Shown piece after piece: positions 45,775 to 54,339 of a stretch of DNA of 64,000 bases (the stretch's first letter is position 1; each line of letters opens with the position of its first letter). Source of the DNA: an uncultured Candidatus Poseidoniales archaeon (GTDB lineage: Archaea > Thermoplasmatota > Poseidoniia > Poseidoniales > Poseidoniaceae); assembly GCA_963997415.1 (NCBI GenBank), contig CAXEMN010000006.1, forward strand, positions 1,927 through 65,926. Direction: 5' to 3'. A model generated the notes under the pieces. That model did not search any database, was not told the origin of the DNA, and saw only the letters and a program-made list of their open reading frames with translations. The position numbers and the translations under genes were made by a program.

Positions 45775-46014
45775 GTGGCAATTTTCGCAAGGGACATCAT
45801 TGGAAGAGATGTTGTCGGCCGTCAGGATGAACGGCTTGGGGAATTGAAGGATGTTGCTTTTGACACAGCGACTGGATCCGTGATGTCAATACGAGTTCGG
45901 ATTGAAGCCGATATCGACCCTTCAAAATTACCTTGGTCGATGGTTGACGGCTTGATGGAAATTCCTGTTGATGACATCAGTCGAATCGCCACAAAAATCC
46001 ACTTAAAGCGTTGA
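45775..46014 (+). CDS. PRC-barrel domain protein
   Basis: 79 aa. 'IIGRDVVGRQDERLGELKDVAFDTATGSVMSI' is a typical PRC-barrel core. GTG start 7 nt after AAGGAGTGA. A T6 run at 46034-46039 follows the stop. Confidence 0.7.
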   Translation: MAIFARDIIGRDVVGRQDERLGELKDVAFDTATGSVMSIRVRIEADIDPSKLPWSMVDGLMEIPVDDISRIATKIHLKR

Positions 46015-46150
46015 ATTAACGTCGTAAAGACCGTTTTTTCAAGAAAAGCAGTAACCATTTCGATGAGCATTTGTTTCCCATACAGTAACAACCTTCTAAA
46101 CCGATTTGAAGCCGTCGTCATGTCGGAATCGTGCTCCACTTGGTGATATA

Positions 46151-47758
46151 ATGTTCGGCGAGCGAAACATCAACTACCGAAGGGTCGGCCTCCAAGCCGC
46201 TTTTTGGTTTGTGATGTCACTTCTGCTGATGACCATTCTGCTGAATTTTGTCAACCTTTCAAACACCAATCAGTTGTCTGCATATGATGACGATTGGGAC
46301 GATATGTCAGCATTTAGGGCCGACCTGAAAGCCGCAGATATCAAGACGAGTTCTTTGGTAAGCAGCCCACTGCTTTTGGCCGATATCGAGGATCCTCGAA
46401 ACACAACCTACATCGTGGCTGGAGTTGAACGAGACACCCTTTCACTCCCACAATTCGATGAAGACGGTTTCATCACTATTGCGGCAGAAGATGGCTATTC
46501 GCCATCTGAGATCAATGCCATTGTGGAATTCGTAGAAGCTGGAGGTACAGCCTTGGTCCTCGATGATTATGGCTTTGCAGGAACCATTGCCGAAGCCTTT
46601 GGCATTCGCTACACTGGATACCAATTGTATGATACGACCTATGTGCCTGAATTGGATTACAACTTCATTTGGATGTGTGTTCAAGCAACCCCGTGTGGCA
46701 TGAACGGCACCACCATTGACGCCAGCACCCTTTCGGTCCACGACCGATGGAGTGGAAACTTAGGCGAAGGAGAGCATCCTTGTGCTGCCCTCAACGGTCA
46801 AACCATGCCGATTGAAGAGGCTGGGCTGTGCGCTCATCACTGGCAGGCTGGAGAAATTCGATACAATTCCACCTACCAAGTTCTGCTCAACGACATTACC
46901 GCATTGGAACTGATTCCAGGAGCGATCGGAGCGCTCCCTGAAATTTCAGTTCGAGCCGTGACAAGCAATGAAGCAACCGTTGACGTCAATGGCGATGGAG
47001 AAATTTGGGTTGGCAATGAACAGAATTCTGAAACCCCCGACCTATGGGGTCAATTCAACCTCAGTTTCGAAGCATGCGCTCGTAGCACGTGTGATCCAAA
47101 CGACGGTGGCCGGATTGTCTTCATGGCGGATGGATCTGCATTGATCAACGCCATGTACGACTACGAAGGTTTCAACGATGGTGAATATGGCCCAACCAAC
47201 AAAACAATCCCTGAAAATGACAACCGAAAGTGGGCTATGGATTTCATTGCTGAGGCATTGATGTCGACAGAACCTGACGAAGCGGGGCAACCTTCGCCAA
47301 CCGCCATGGTCATCTTCGATGAATCGAGGCACCCTCAAAACGCACTTCTAGCGGATTCATACAACACCATCTACTTCCTTCTGGTGTACTTTACCGGAGA
47401 AGGCCTTGCCATGCTCCTGCTCTTCTTGGTGCTGTTCGTGACCTTTGAAGCCGTTCTGCTCAAGAAGCGAGATCCCGAGCCATGGCGCCACGTCTTCAGC
47501 ATCATTTACTACGGGTTTGGTGATGCTAATCGCTACACATACTACGCGAAGAGCGAGAAAATCCGACAGGTGTTCCTCTCGAAGGTTCGCAATCAAAACG
47601 GCCTCACTCGTGAAGAGTTCCATGCCATGCCGGCAAAGGATCTTGTTGCCCTCATCAATGACCCTGTGCTTGCGAAGTTTGCTATTGAACCCAGCAAGTA
47701 CTCATTAGAACAAACCGTGGCTGTGGTGAAGAGAATCAAAGCGTGGGGCAGAACCTGA
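46151..47758 (+). CDS. membrane-anchored extracytoplasmic protein, possibly DUF4350-like
   Basis: N- and C-terminal TM helices bracket a ~400-aa exposed domain. 'GGTALVLDDYGF' resembles the DUF4350 motif (weak recollection). ATG at 46151 follows GGTGAT. Confidence 0.6.
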   Translation: MFGERNINYRRVGLQAAFWFVMSLLLMTILLNFVNLSNTNQLSAYDDDWDDMSAFRADLKAADIKTSSLVSSPLLLADIEDPRNTTYIVAGVERDTLSLPQFDEDGFITIAAEDGYSPSEINAIVEFVEAGGTALVLDDYGFAGTIAEAFGIRYTGYQLYDTTYVPELDYNFIWMCVQATPCGMNGTTIDASTLSVHDRWSGNLGEGEHPCAALNGQTMPIEEAGLCAHHWQAGEIRYNSTYQVLLNDITALELIPGAIGALPEISVRAVTSNEATVDVNGDGEIWVGNEQNSETPDLWGQFNLSFEACARSTCDPNDGGRIVFMADGSALINAMYDYEGFNDGEYGPTNKTIPENDNRKWAMDFIAEALMSTEPDEAGQPSPTAMVIFDESRHPQNALLADSYNTIYFLLVYFTGEGLAMLLLFLVLFVTFEAVLLKKRDPEPWRHVFSIIYYGFGDANRYTYYAKSEKIRQVFLSKVRNQNGLTREEFHAMPAKDLVALINDPVLAKFAIEPSKYSLEQTVAVVKRIKAWGRT

Positions 47759-47767
47759 GGTGAGATC

Positions 47768-49021
47768 ATGTGGACACGTAAGGCATCATTCACATTCACT
47801 GGAGGGATCGCTCTGGTGCTCATCGGGATGATGATTTCCAACCTTCAAATGATGATCTTAGGGTTGACCTTCGTTGCCTTCATCGTGGTTAATTCGTGGA
47901 TTTCAGGCCACGGCGAAGTCGAGGTTCAGCGAACACTTTCTGCAGACAACCTCTACAAAGGCGATGACTTGTATGTCGAATTGCTTGTCACGAACCGTTC
48001 CAATAGGAACACCCAGTTGCTCGAAGTCTACGATAATATTCCCCATGAGATGAAATTACGGAGTGGCCTCAATCAAATGCGACTCAACCTAAAGCCAGGT
48101 GAAAGTGCGCGAATCCGCTACGTACTGCGATGCCCATTACGAGGACACTATTCCATCGGGCCTGTTTCGCTCCGTTCACGCAATACCTTCAATCTCGGTG
48201 TCGATGAAATGTATGTCGATCACCACAGTGACATCGTGATTTTCCCACAAATCAAGGAAGTCGAGGAAGCGTTCCTTCGATCTCGCACTCCAAAAATGTA
48301 CACTGGAGCGACAACACTCCGAACACCTGGACAGGGTTCCGAATTTTACTCACTTCGCGAATATGTCCCCGGCGACCCGTTCAAGAACATCAATTGGAAG
48401 GCTTTCGCCCGAACTGGAGAGTTGATGGTCAACGAAAAGTGTCGAGATGCGGTGACTGACCTGTATTTATTGCTGGACAGTCGAGATATTTCTCGAATCG
48501 GAACCGTGCTCAAGAACCCGCTCGAAATGGGAACCGTTTCTGCAGCCAGCCTTGCTGCCTTCTTCCTCAAGCGACGGGACTCCGTTGCTCTGGCCATTTT
48601 CGATGAAAAGCTCTCCTACCTACCACCAGATACCGGTGACAAGCAGTACTTCAAAATCCTGAGCGCCCTTGCTGGAGTCTCGCCAAAGGGTGCAATGCCA
48701 CTTCAAGCCGTGACCAACTCCCTCAGTGGCCGTTTCAGTCGAGGCAGCCCGGTGTTCATCATCTCCTCGTGTGAAGGCGACGGAACCGTCCCTGCTGCCG
48801 TAAGAGATTTGGTCGGCAGAGGTCACGAAGTGACCGTCTTATCGCCATCGAGCATCGACTTTGAACGCTTGGTCAGCAGGATCCCACGTATGTCCTACGA
48901 AGTGCTCAAACTTGAGCGTCAAAACAGACTCACCACACTCGCTGGTTCAGGAGCGCAAGTCATTGATTGGATGCCCGACATGGACCTTTCTCAAGCATTG
49001 ATGCAGGTAAGGGGGTACTAA
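47768..49021 (+). CDS. DUF58-family protein (vWA-like, normally MoxR-associated)
   Basis: Two N-terminal TM helices. The signature 'FYSLREYVPGDPFKNINWKAFARTGELMVNE' is the hallmark DUF58 motif. Confidence 0.8.
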   Translation: MWTRKASFTFTGGIALVLIGMMISNLQMMILGLTFVAFIVVNSWISGHGEVEVQRTLSADNLYKGDDLYVELLVTNRSNRNTQLLEVYDNIPHEMKLRSGLNQMRLNLKPGESARIRYVLRCPLRGHYSIGPVSLRSRNTFNLGVDEMYVDHHSDIVIFPQIKEVEEAFLRSRTPKMYTGATTLRTPGQGSEFYSLREYVPGDPFKNINWKAFARTGELMVNEKCRDAVTDLYLLLDSRDISRIGTVLKNPLEMGTVSAASLAAFFLKRRDSVALAIFDEKLSYLPPDTGDKQYFKILSALAGVSPKGAMPLQAVTNSLSGRFSRGSPVFIISSCEGDGTVPAAVRDLVGRGHEVTVLSPSSIDFERLVSRIPRMSYEVLKLERQNRLTTLAGSGAQVIDWMPDMDLSQALMQVRGY

Positions 49022-49023
49022 GC

Positions 49024-50247
49024 ATGGCAGATGATGTTGGCCTCCAAAAAGACGTCACCGTTGGTGGAGATTACCGTCCGAGAACGCTTCATCTCAAATT
49101 GTTGAGAAAGCAATGGCAAATTTTGGCTCTGCAAATCATCGCAACCGTCGCTCTTGTCGGGATGTACCTTGAAGTCGTATCGACCTATGTTGTTGGCTCA
49201 ATTGACCACACCATGCTGTTTGATACAATCGAGGTCTTGATCGGACAGCAGCTTCCAATTGGGGACTTCCTTACCGGTGAGGGAAGCTCTGGTCTTGGGC
49301 GATTCTCAGTTCCACTTGTACTTGGGCTTACACTTGGTGGAAGCATGGCGCTGCTCGCCTTCCAAACACCAAAAACCCAGCAGAGAATCAAACTTGGTTT
49401 CATCATCACATTGATTGTCATGTTGATTGGAAGACTGGTCGTATCGTGGGGCTTTGGCATGCTCACCAGTTTCGACCTACGTCTTCCAGATCAAGCAGAA
49501 CTTTCAACCCTAGAATGGCCACTGCTGATGATTTTGTCGTTGATGATTTTGTTCATGTACCTGCTACCTGTCATCATGGGCACCCGTGGAATTTGGGGCT
49601 TATCTCGCCGTTCAATTGCATGGTCGATTGGTTTCACCCTGCTGTTCCTTGGTATCCACGCCATCCTAGCGTTCCCGCTCATCAACGGACAATTAGGCTC
49701 GTATGGGGATGCGCTGACAACGGTGGAGACGCAATTTACCGAACCGACCATTGGACTGTTTGGATTGATGCTGGTCACCAATGAACAGTTCGCTCTGATC
49801 ATGATTGCCGTGCTCATCATGGTGTTCCAAGAGTCCTCATATGGTGTCATTCGATACCTTGAGTATGCATATCGGCTTCCTGAGTCGTGCAAGCGAGACC
49901 CGGAATATGTTCGACAAATGGACAACGTGCTGAACACACATCTGAAGCACACCTTTGGCTTCCTTGGCCTGACCGGAATCGCAACAATGGTCGCCCTTGG
50001 ATTCCACAGCGTTCTGCTCGACATCGTCGAAGGATCAACTGGAAGTCAATGGGCTGGACAAGTCTCTGAATCCATTGAATTATCACTCACCTACGGCTTG
50101 GTGATTTCGGCACTGATGTTTTTGAGCATCATGGCTTTGTTGAGGTTCTTTGTCCCTTGGGAACGTGTATGGGGACTTGTCAACACCATCCGTGGTGAAA
50201 ATCAGGCTGCACCAGTTGCAGCGACGAAAGACGTCGTTGATCTCTAA
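49024..50247 (+). CDS. polytopic membrane protein of unknown function
   Basis: ATG at 49024, 2 nt after the DUF58 stop. About 9-10 hydrophobic helices. No family recognised. Confidence 0.65.
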   Translation: MADDVGLQKDVTVGGDYRPRTLHLKLLRKQWQILALQIIATVALVGMYLEVVSTYVVGSIDHTMLFDTIEVLIGQQLPIGDFLTGEGSSGLGRFSVPLVLGLTLGGSMALLAFQTPKTQQRIKLGFIITLIVMLIGRLVVSWGFGMLTSFDLRLPDQAELSTLEWPLLMILSLMILFMYLLPVIMGTRGIWGLSRRSIAWSIGFTLLFLGIHAILAFPLINGQLGSYGDALTTVETQFTEPTIGLFGLMLVTNEQFALIMIAVLIMVFQESSYGVIRYLEYAYRLPESCKRDPEYVRQMDNVLNTHLKHTFGFLGLTGIATMVALGFHSVLLDIVEGSTGSQWAGQVSESIELSLTYGLVISALMFLSIMALLRFFVPWERVWGLVNTIRGENQAAPVAATKDVVDL

Positions 50248-50255
50248 TTGGCAAT

Positions 50256-50498
50256 TTACCAGACACGTTGTAACACGCGTCCAAGGAATTCGGTAAACAG
50301 CATGAGCCCAATGGGTAAGCCACACCAGCCCACAATGAACGAGAGCCATGCTGGAGAATCGATGGCATCCATTGCACTTGGTTGAAGGACAACAAACCCA
50401 ACAACAGCAGCGACAAACAAAAGGCGCTCGAGAACCATTGGATAGGCACGACCAGGAGATTCATCGCGAGCCATGAGTGTCGTAGCCTCTTCTGACAT
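50256..50498 (-). CDS. small two-TM membrane protein
   Basis: 80 aa with two hydrophobic helices ('LLFVAAVVGFVVL', 'WLSFIVGWCGLPIGLMLFTEFL'). Starts 9 nt after the stop of the 1057-aa gene on the same strand. Confidence 0.45.
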   Translation of the reverse strand: MSEEATTLMARDESPGRAYPMVLERLLFVAAVVGFVVLQPSAMDAIDSPAWLSFIVGWCGLPIGLMLFTEFLGRVLQRVW

Positions 50499-50507
50499 TC
50501 AACCACC

Positions 50508-53500
50508 TCAAAGATCCAATCCAGAGAGTCGTGCTTCCAATGCCGCAAGTGCGGGATCTACTTTCACTTCAACGACCGGTTCTTTTCGGTGCTCCCAAGA
50601 AGCGTCGAGTTGTGCTAACTCAGCTTCTAAGGCGGCTCGTTCATCGCTACCTTCGCCATCCATCGAGACGACTGGAATTGGCTCAGCATGGACTTGAGTT
50701 GTGGCCTCTGATTCTACAGCATCATCAACTGGAACAGGCATTGATTCCCAGCCATCTTCATTGGAGGATGAATGTTCTGGAGTTGCATCGAGCGAGACTG
50801 GTACTTCACCGGCAAGAGACGATTCCATGGTTGCAACCATTTCGGTCTCGACGGGGGTGCGCTGAGAGGCTGGAACGGATTCTCGCTCATATGGGAGCAG
50901 GCCATCGCGCTGGAATTCCCAGAGCATACCTCTTGGTACTCCGTCTGCAAGACCAGATGCATCGAGTTGTGTGATGAGTTCCTCAAGCACACGAGCCGTG
51001 TCTTCCAAGGCTACAGCCTCTCCTGCATCCCTTTGGTCCGCCTCAAGATAGATATCATCCAATGCGACTTGAATCAGTTTTCGAGTCGCCTGAGCAATGC
51101 TCGGTAATGCTTCTGGGCGAGTGCAATTGTTGAGCAGGGCTTCCACTTCCTCTGGCGGAGCACCCAATCGAACCAGTTGCTCGAGCACATTTCTCAATCG
51201 ACGAAGCATGGTGATCGAACGGTCATAATCTTCGAGAAGGTGTTCCAAATCGATGACGACATGGCCTACAGTTTCACCAAGTTGGTGTTCCAGCCGCTGT
51301 TGAACCGACCAGCGTGCGAGCCCTCGAACTGCCCCTGCGGTTTGCGGCACTTGACGTTCAAGCAAGGTCATGACTTCGCTTGACAAAAGATGCCGTGGTG
51401 TGGCTGCGACATGGTCCACTGTGGATTGAATCACTTGAAGGCCACGCTCAACAGCCCGGTCGAGTAAGGTCACAGAGTACCCCAAAGCCCGGGCATGTTC
51501 GAGCCGTTCGAGGACAGGGCCAAGGCCGTCAAAGGTGGCAGCATCATCAAGCAAGGCTTGGGCGAGTGGTTCTTCCGCGAGCCTCGCCCGTAGGCGCTCA
51601 GCTTCCTGAATATCCGTCACTGCCGCTTCATGGGCATCTGACAAGGCTTCTGCTCGCTCGATCAATGAAGCAAGTTCTGCTTCAGAATGACCACGACGTG
51701 CACCAAGGTCACCCAATTCGCGTAGAATTTGACGGCGTTCTTGCATCAGTTCTCGCAACTCTGCTTGAACTTGGGCTTGCCTCGCCTCATCCGCAGCTAA
51801 GCGGTCACGATCTTCTTCAGCCCGGCGACGGCTCGCCTTCGCCTCTGCCTCGATAGCGGCAAGTTCCGCGGTATTTGTTTTGACTTTCTCATCGAGCAGG
51901 AGGACTTCGGCTTGAGCTCGAGCGTGGCGTTCTCGTGTTGCAGCAACCTGTTCCTGAAGAACTTGAAGGCGACGCTCATCGTCCTCTGTTTGTTGCCGTA
52001 TCGTTGCCAATTGTTGGCTGTGAGTGTCGAGTTCTGCATTGAGTTCTGCTTCCTTGAGCGACATGTCTTCGATCGCTGTACGAAGCGATTCGCTGGAGGA
52101 TGCATCCCCGAGTGCTTTGGCCAACTCTGCAGCCCGCACTGAGACTTGATGTTCAAGTTCATTGACTCGACGAACCAGACGCTCTGCTCGATTTTCTGCT
52201 TGCTCTGTTAATGCCTTGGCTTGCGCCAATTCAATTTGCATTGTGCTAAATTGGCTGTGAGCCTCCTCAAGAGAGGTCGTTGATTCCGTACGGGTTTCAG
52301 TGGCTTCTCTTGCTATGATTTGTGCAGCATTTGCTGCTGCAATTGAGGAATCCAAGTGACTTTGAAGAGCGGCCTTTTCCTTCTCCAATTCATCAATTCG
52401 ATGATCTGCAGTTTCTAGACGCCGACGTAATCCAGCATCCACAGCCAAGGGTTGGGCCGTATCGCCGGGCAAACCACCGCTCACAACATCAACAGTTTCT
52501 GAAAATGTAGCCCTGGCTCGACTCTTGCGCAATTGTTCCATTCCAATTTCAAAGCCAAACAAATCGTTCAGTTTTGCCTTGAGGGTGGCCCTGCGGCTCT
52601 CCGAACGAGTCCGGAGCGTCACAAGCAAATCATGGAAATCATCAAGCTTGAATTCTTCAACTGTGCCGGATTCTCTTGAAATGATGCTTCCTGCAGGGAG
52701 TCGGTGCAACTTCAAGAGGCGAGTGGAATCTGTGAAGGTCAGCATGGCCTCTTCGAGGGACTGTCCCTCGGGAGCGGAAACACCCACAGGCACACCTCGT
52801 GCCAGCAACACCGAAACGGATGTCGAGGATTGACCGGATTGAAGATGGCCAGTGACCTGTTCCTTGACGCCAGCGGTGAGCATGGACAAGATTGCATCCG
52901 GACCACCTCGGCCTTCACGAAGGACAAAGCCATCAGGAATTGGACCACCGGCTGCGCCAATGGCTCCAACTTCCCCATCAAGAACTGCAGCCACTGCAGA
53001 AATCAATCGCGCATGGTTGGTATTCGCCTCGGTCCACACACCCAATGACACGTCACCGGCTTTGGCTAAGAGAAGCGAGCCATCTTCATGGTGCATCGTC
53101 CAATGACTTCCATTACTGACGCCATCCTCATCGAGCACGCTGATGTTCATGGATTCAAGTGTGGAATGGATTTCTTGTGCCAACATTTCTGGAGAATTAG
53201 GCAAGTCGCCAACGCTGTCGATGAGCATACCTTGATCGATAGCAACGGCGCCACGAACGGTATCGCGTTCCACAACAGCCCGTAGCACGGAAGACAAATC
53301 TCTGGCGAGAAGACGAACAACAGCGTCGCCACGAGGTAGGAGTCCCTGGCGGTCTGCTTGATGCTCAAACGCTTCAGGGATTGTTTCTGCCACACTCCCA
53401 AGGCCGGCGAGCGAATATGATCCTGCGATGTGACGGCAATGTTCCTTCGCCTCAAGTTCCTCGAGCCTCAGGCGAGCTTCCTTTCCTGCAAGCAAAAGTT

Positions 53501-53681
53501 TGCCTTTCCCGGATTCTGCAAGCCAACCAACAACACGGCCTGCTCGAACCAGCCGGTGCCCTGCTGGCGTTTTTCTTCGGCCAATCCATGTGCTGATGAC
53601 GCCGTGGTCGAATGATTGAATCGCACCAGCCTCGACAGAAATTGCGCCTTCAACTGGTGTTCCTTGTGGTAGTGTAAACAT
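50508..53681 (-). CDS. 1057-aa protein: Roadblock/LC7-like N-terminal region, long central coiled coil, acidic C-terminus
   Basis: Residues ~125-235 ('VRGAVAIDQGMLIDSVGDLP...LLLAKAGDVSLGVWTEANTNHARL') look Roadblock/LC7-like. Residues ~395-745 are an uninterrupted A/E/R/L/Q heptad-like coiled coil. The C-terminal ~100 aa are Glu/Asp-rich. Confidence 0.75.
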   Translation of the reverse strand: MFTLPQGTPVEGAISVEAGAIQSFDHGVISTWIGRRKTPAGHRLVRAGRVVGWLAESGKGKLLLAGKEARLRLEELEAKEHCRHIAGSYSLAGLGSVAETIPEAFEHQADRQGLLPRGDAVVRLLARDLSSVLRAVVERDTVRGAVAIDQGMLIDSVGDLPNSPEMLAQEIHSTLESMNISVLDEDGVSNGSHWTMHHEDGSLLLAKAGDVSLGVWTEANTNHARLISAVAAVLDGEVGAIGAAGGPIPDGFVLREGRGGPDAILSMLTAGVKEQVTGHLQSGQSSTSVSVLLARGVPVGVSAPEGQSLEEAMLTFTDSTRLLKLHRLPAGSIISRESGTVEEFKLDDFHDLLVTLRTRSESRRATLKAKLNDLFGFEIGMEQLRKSRARATFSETVDVVSGGLPGDTAQPLAVDAGLRRRLETADHRIDELEKEKAALQSHLDSSIAAANAAQIIAREATETRTESTTSLEEAHSQFSTMQIELAQAKALTEQAENRAERLVRRVNELEHQVSVRAAELAKALGDASSSESLRTAIEDMSLKEAELNAELDTHSQQLATIRQQTEDDERRLQVLQEQVAATRERHARAQAEVLLLDEKVKTNTAELAAIEAEAKASRRRAEEDRDRLAADEARQAQVQAELRELMQERRQILRELGDLGARRGHSEAELASLIERAEALSDAHEAAVTDIQEAERLRARLAEEPLAQALLDDAATFDGLGPVLERLEHARALGYSVTLLDRAVERGLQVIQSTVDHVAATPRHLLSSEVMTLLERQVPQTAGAVRGLARWSVQQRLEHQLGETVGHVVIDLEHLLEDYDRSITMLRRLRNVLEQLVRLGAPPEEVEALLNNCTRPEALPSIAQATRKLIQVALDDIYLEADQRDAGEAVALEDTARVLEELITQLDASGLADGVPRGMLWEFQRDGLLPYERESVPASQRTPVETEMVATMESSLAGEVPVSLDATPEHSSSNEDGWESMPVPVDDAVESEATTQVHAEPIPVVSMDGEGSDERAALEAELAQLDASWEHRKEPVVEVKVDPALAALEARLSGLDL

Positions 53682-53690
53682 TTCATCAAC

Positions 53691-54029
53691 TCACTGTGGG
53701 GTGGTGGCAAAGATCCTTCGATCTCTATCAATGGCATGACGCCAGCGTGCCAAGCGGCCGCCAGAACCGGACAATGCTACAACCCGTGTTGGGGACGCCA
53801 CGTCAATCATTGTACGTTCCTTCCCTTCACACCAAACCTCGTAGATTGCTCCCAATCCAAGAGCATCTGCCGCTTCGAGAGCAGCGGATAGGACGTCCAC
53901 TGCATGATCGACTGGTGGTATTGCGCCCTCATCGCCAACGCTCGCCAATAGAGAACCACTGTCATCGAACAACATGGCTTGTTGAACGCCATCAAGGCGA
54001 TACAATCCGGCCAGCGCACGTTGTAACAT
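53691..54029 (-). CDS. Roadblock/LC7 (MglB-like) domain protein
   Basis: 112 aa. 'LDGVQQAMLFDDSGSLLASVGDEG' and 'RVVALSGSGGRLARWRH' fit the Roadblock/LC7 alpha-beta-alpha pattern. Its stop is 9 nt upstream of the start of the 1057-aa gene. Confidence 0.65.
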   Translation of the reverse strand: MLQRALAGLYRLDGVQQAMLFDDSGSLLASVGDEGAIPPVDHAVDVLSAALEAADALGLGAIYEVWCEGKERTMIDVASPTRVVALSGSGGRLARWRHAIDRDRRIFATTPQ

Positions 54030-54252
54030 GGATGCTCAAACCTCTCGTCAGCGTTGTGGCCTTCAAGAAGGTTGCTGTTTCCATCCCCCTAAAGGGGGAT
54101 TTGCAGACCCAAATCAATTTCCCAACTGGACTTCATCGTTTTGAAACGCGGAAGAGCTTGGGTGCGCTTCTTTCCGCGTACAGTTGCCGCCACGAACGCA
54201 TAGATCTGGCGACACAAATGATTCCATTCGTGCTTTCTTTTGTGAAATTAAT

Positions 54253-54296
54253 CAATTGAAAAATTAAATTTCCAATTGGAATATTTGATTCAATTG
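54253..54296. promoter_or_regulatory. three spaced CAATTG-core palindromes (operator-like sites)
   Basis: TCAATTGA (core 54253-54258), TTCCAATTGGAA (core 54273-54278, a perfect 12-bp palindrome) and TTCAATTGGA (core 54291-54296). Centre spacing is 20 and 18 nt. They lie 45-90 nt upstream of the ttuA-like start, in AT-rich DNA. Confidence 0.4.
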
Positions 54297-54339
54297 GACC
54301 GCCCTATGAACCAAATCCGAGCGGGGAGTTCAAACCACA

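Noticed and set aside
53696-54259. 187-aa plus-strand ORF
   Set aside because: It is antisense to the Roadblock gene for more than half its length. The rest runs through dyad-rich AT-rich spacer, with no SD or motif.
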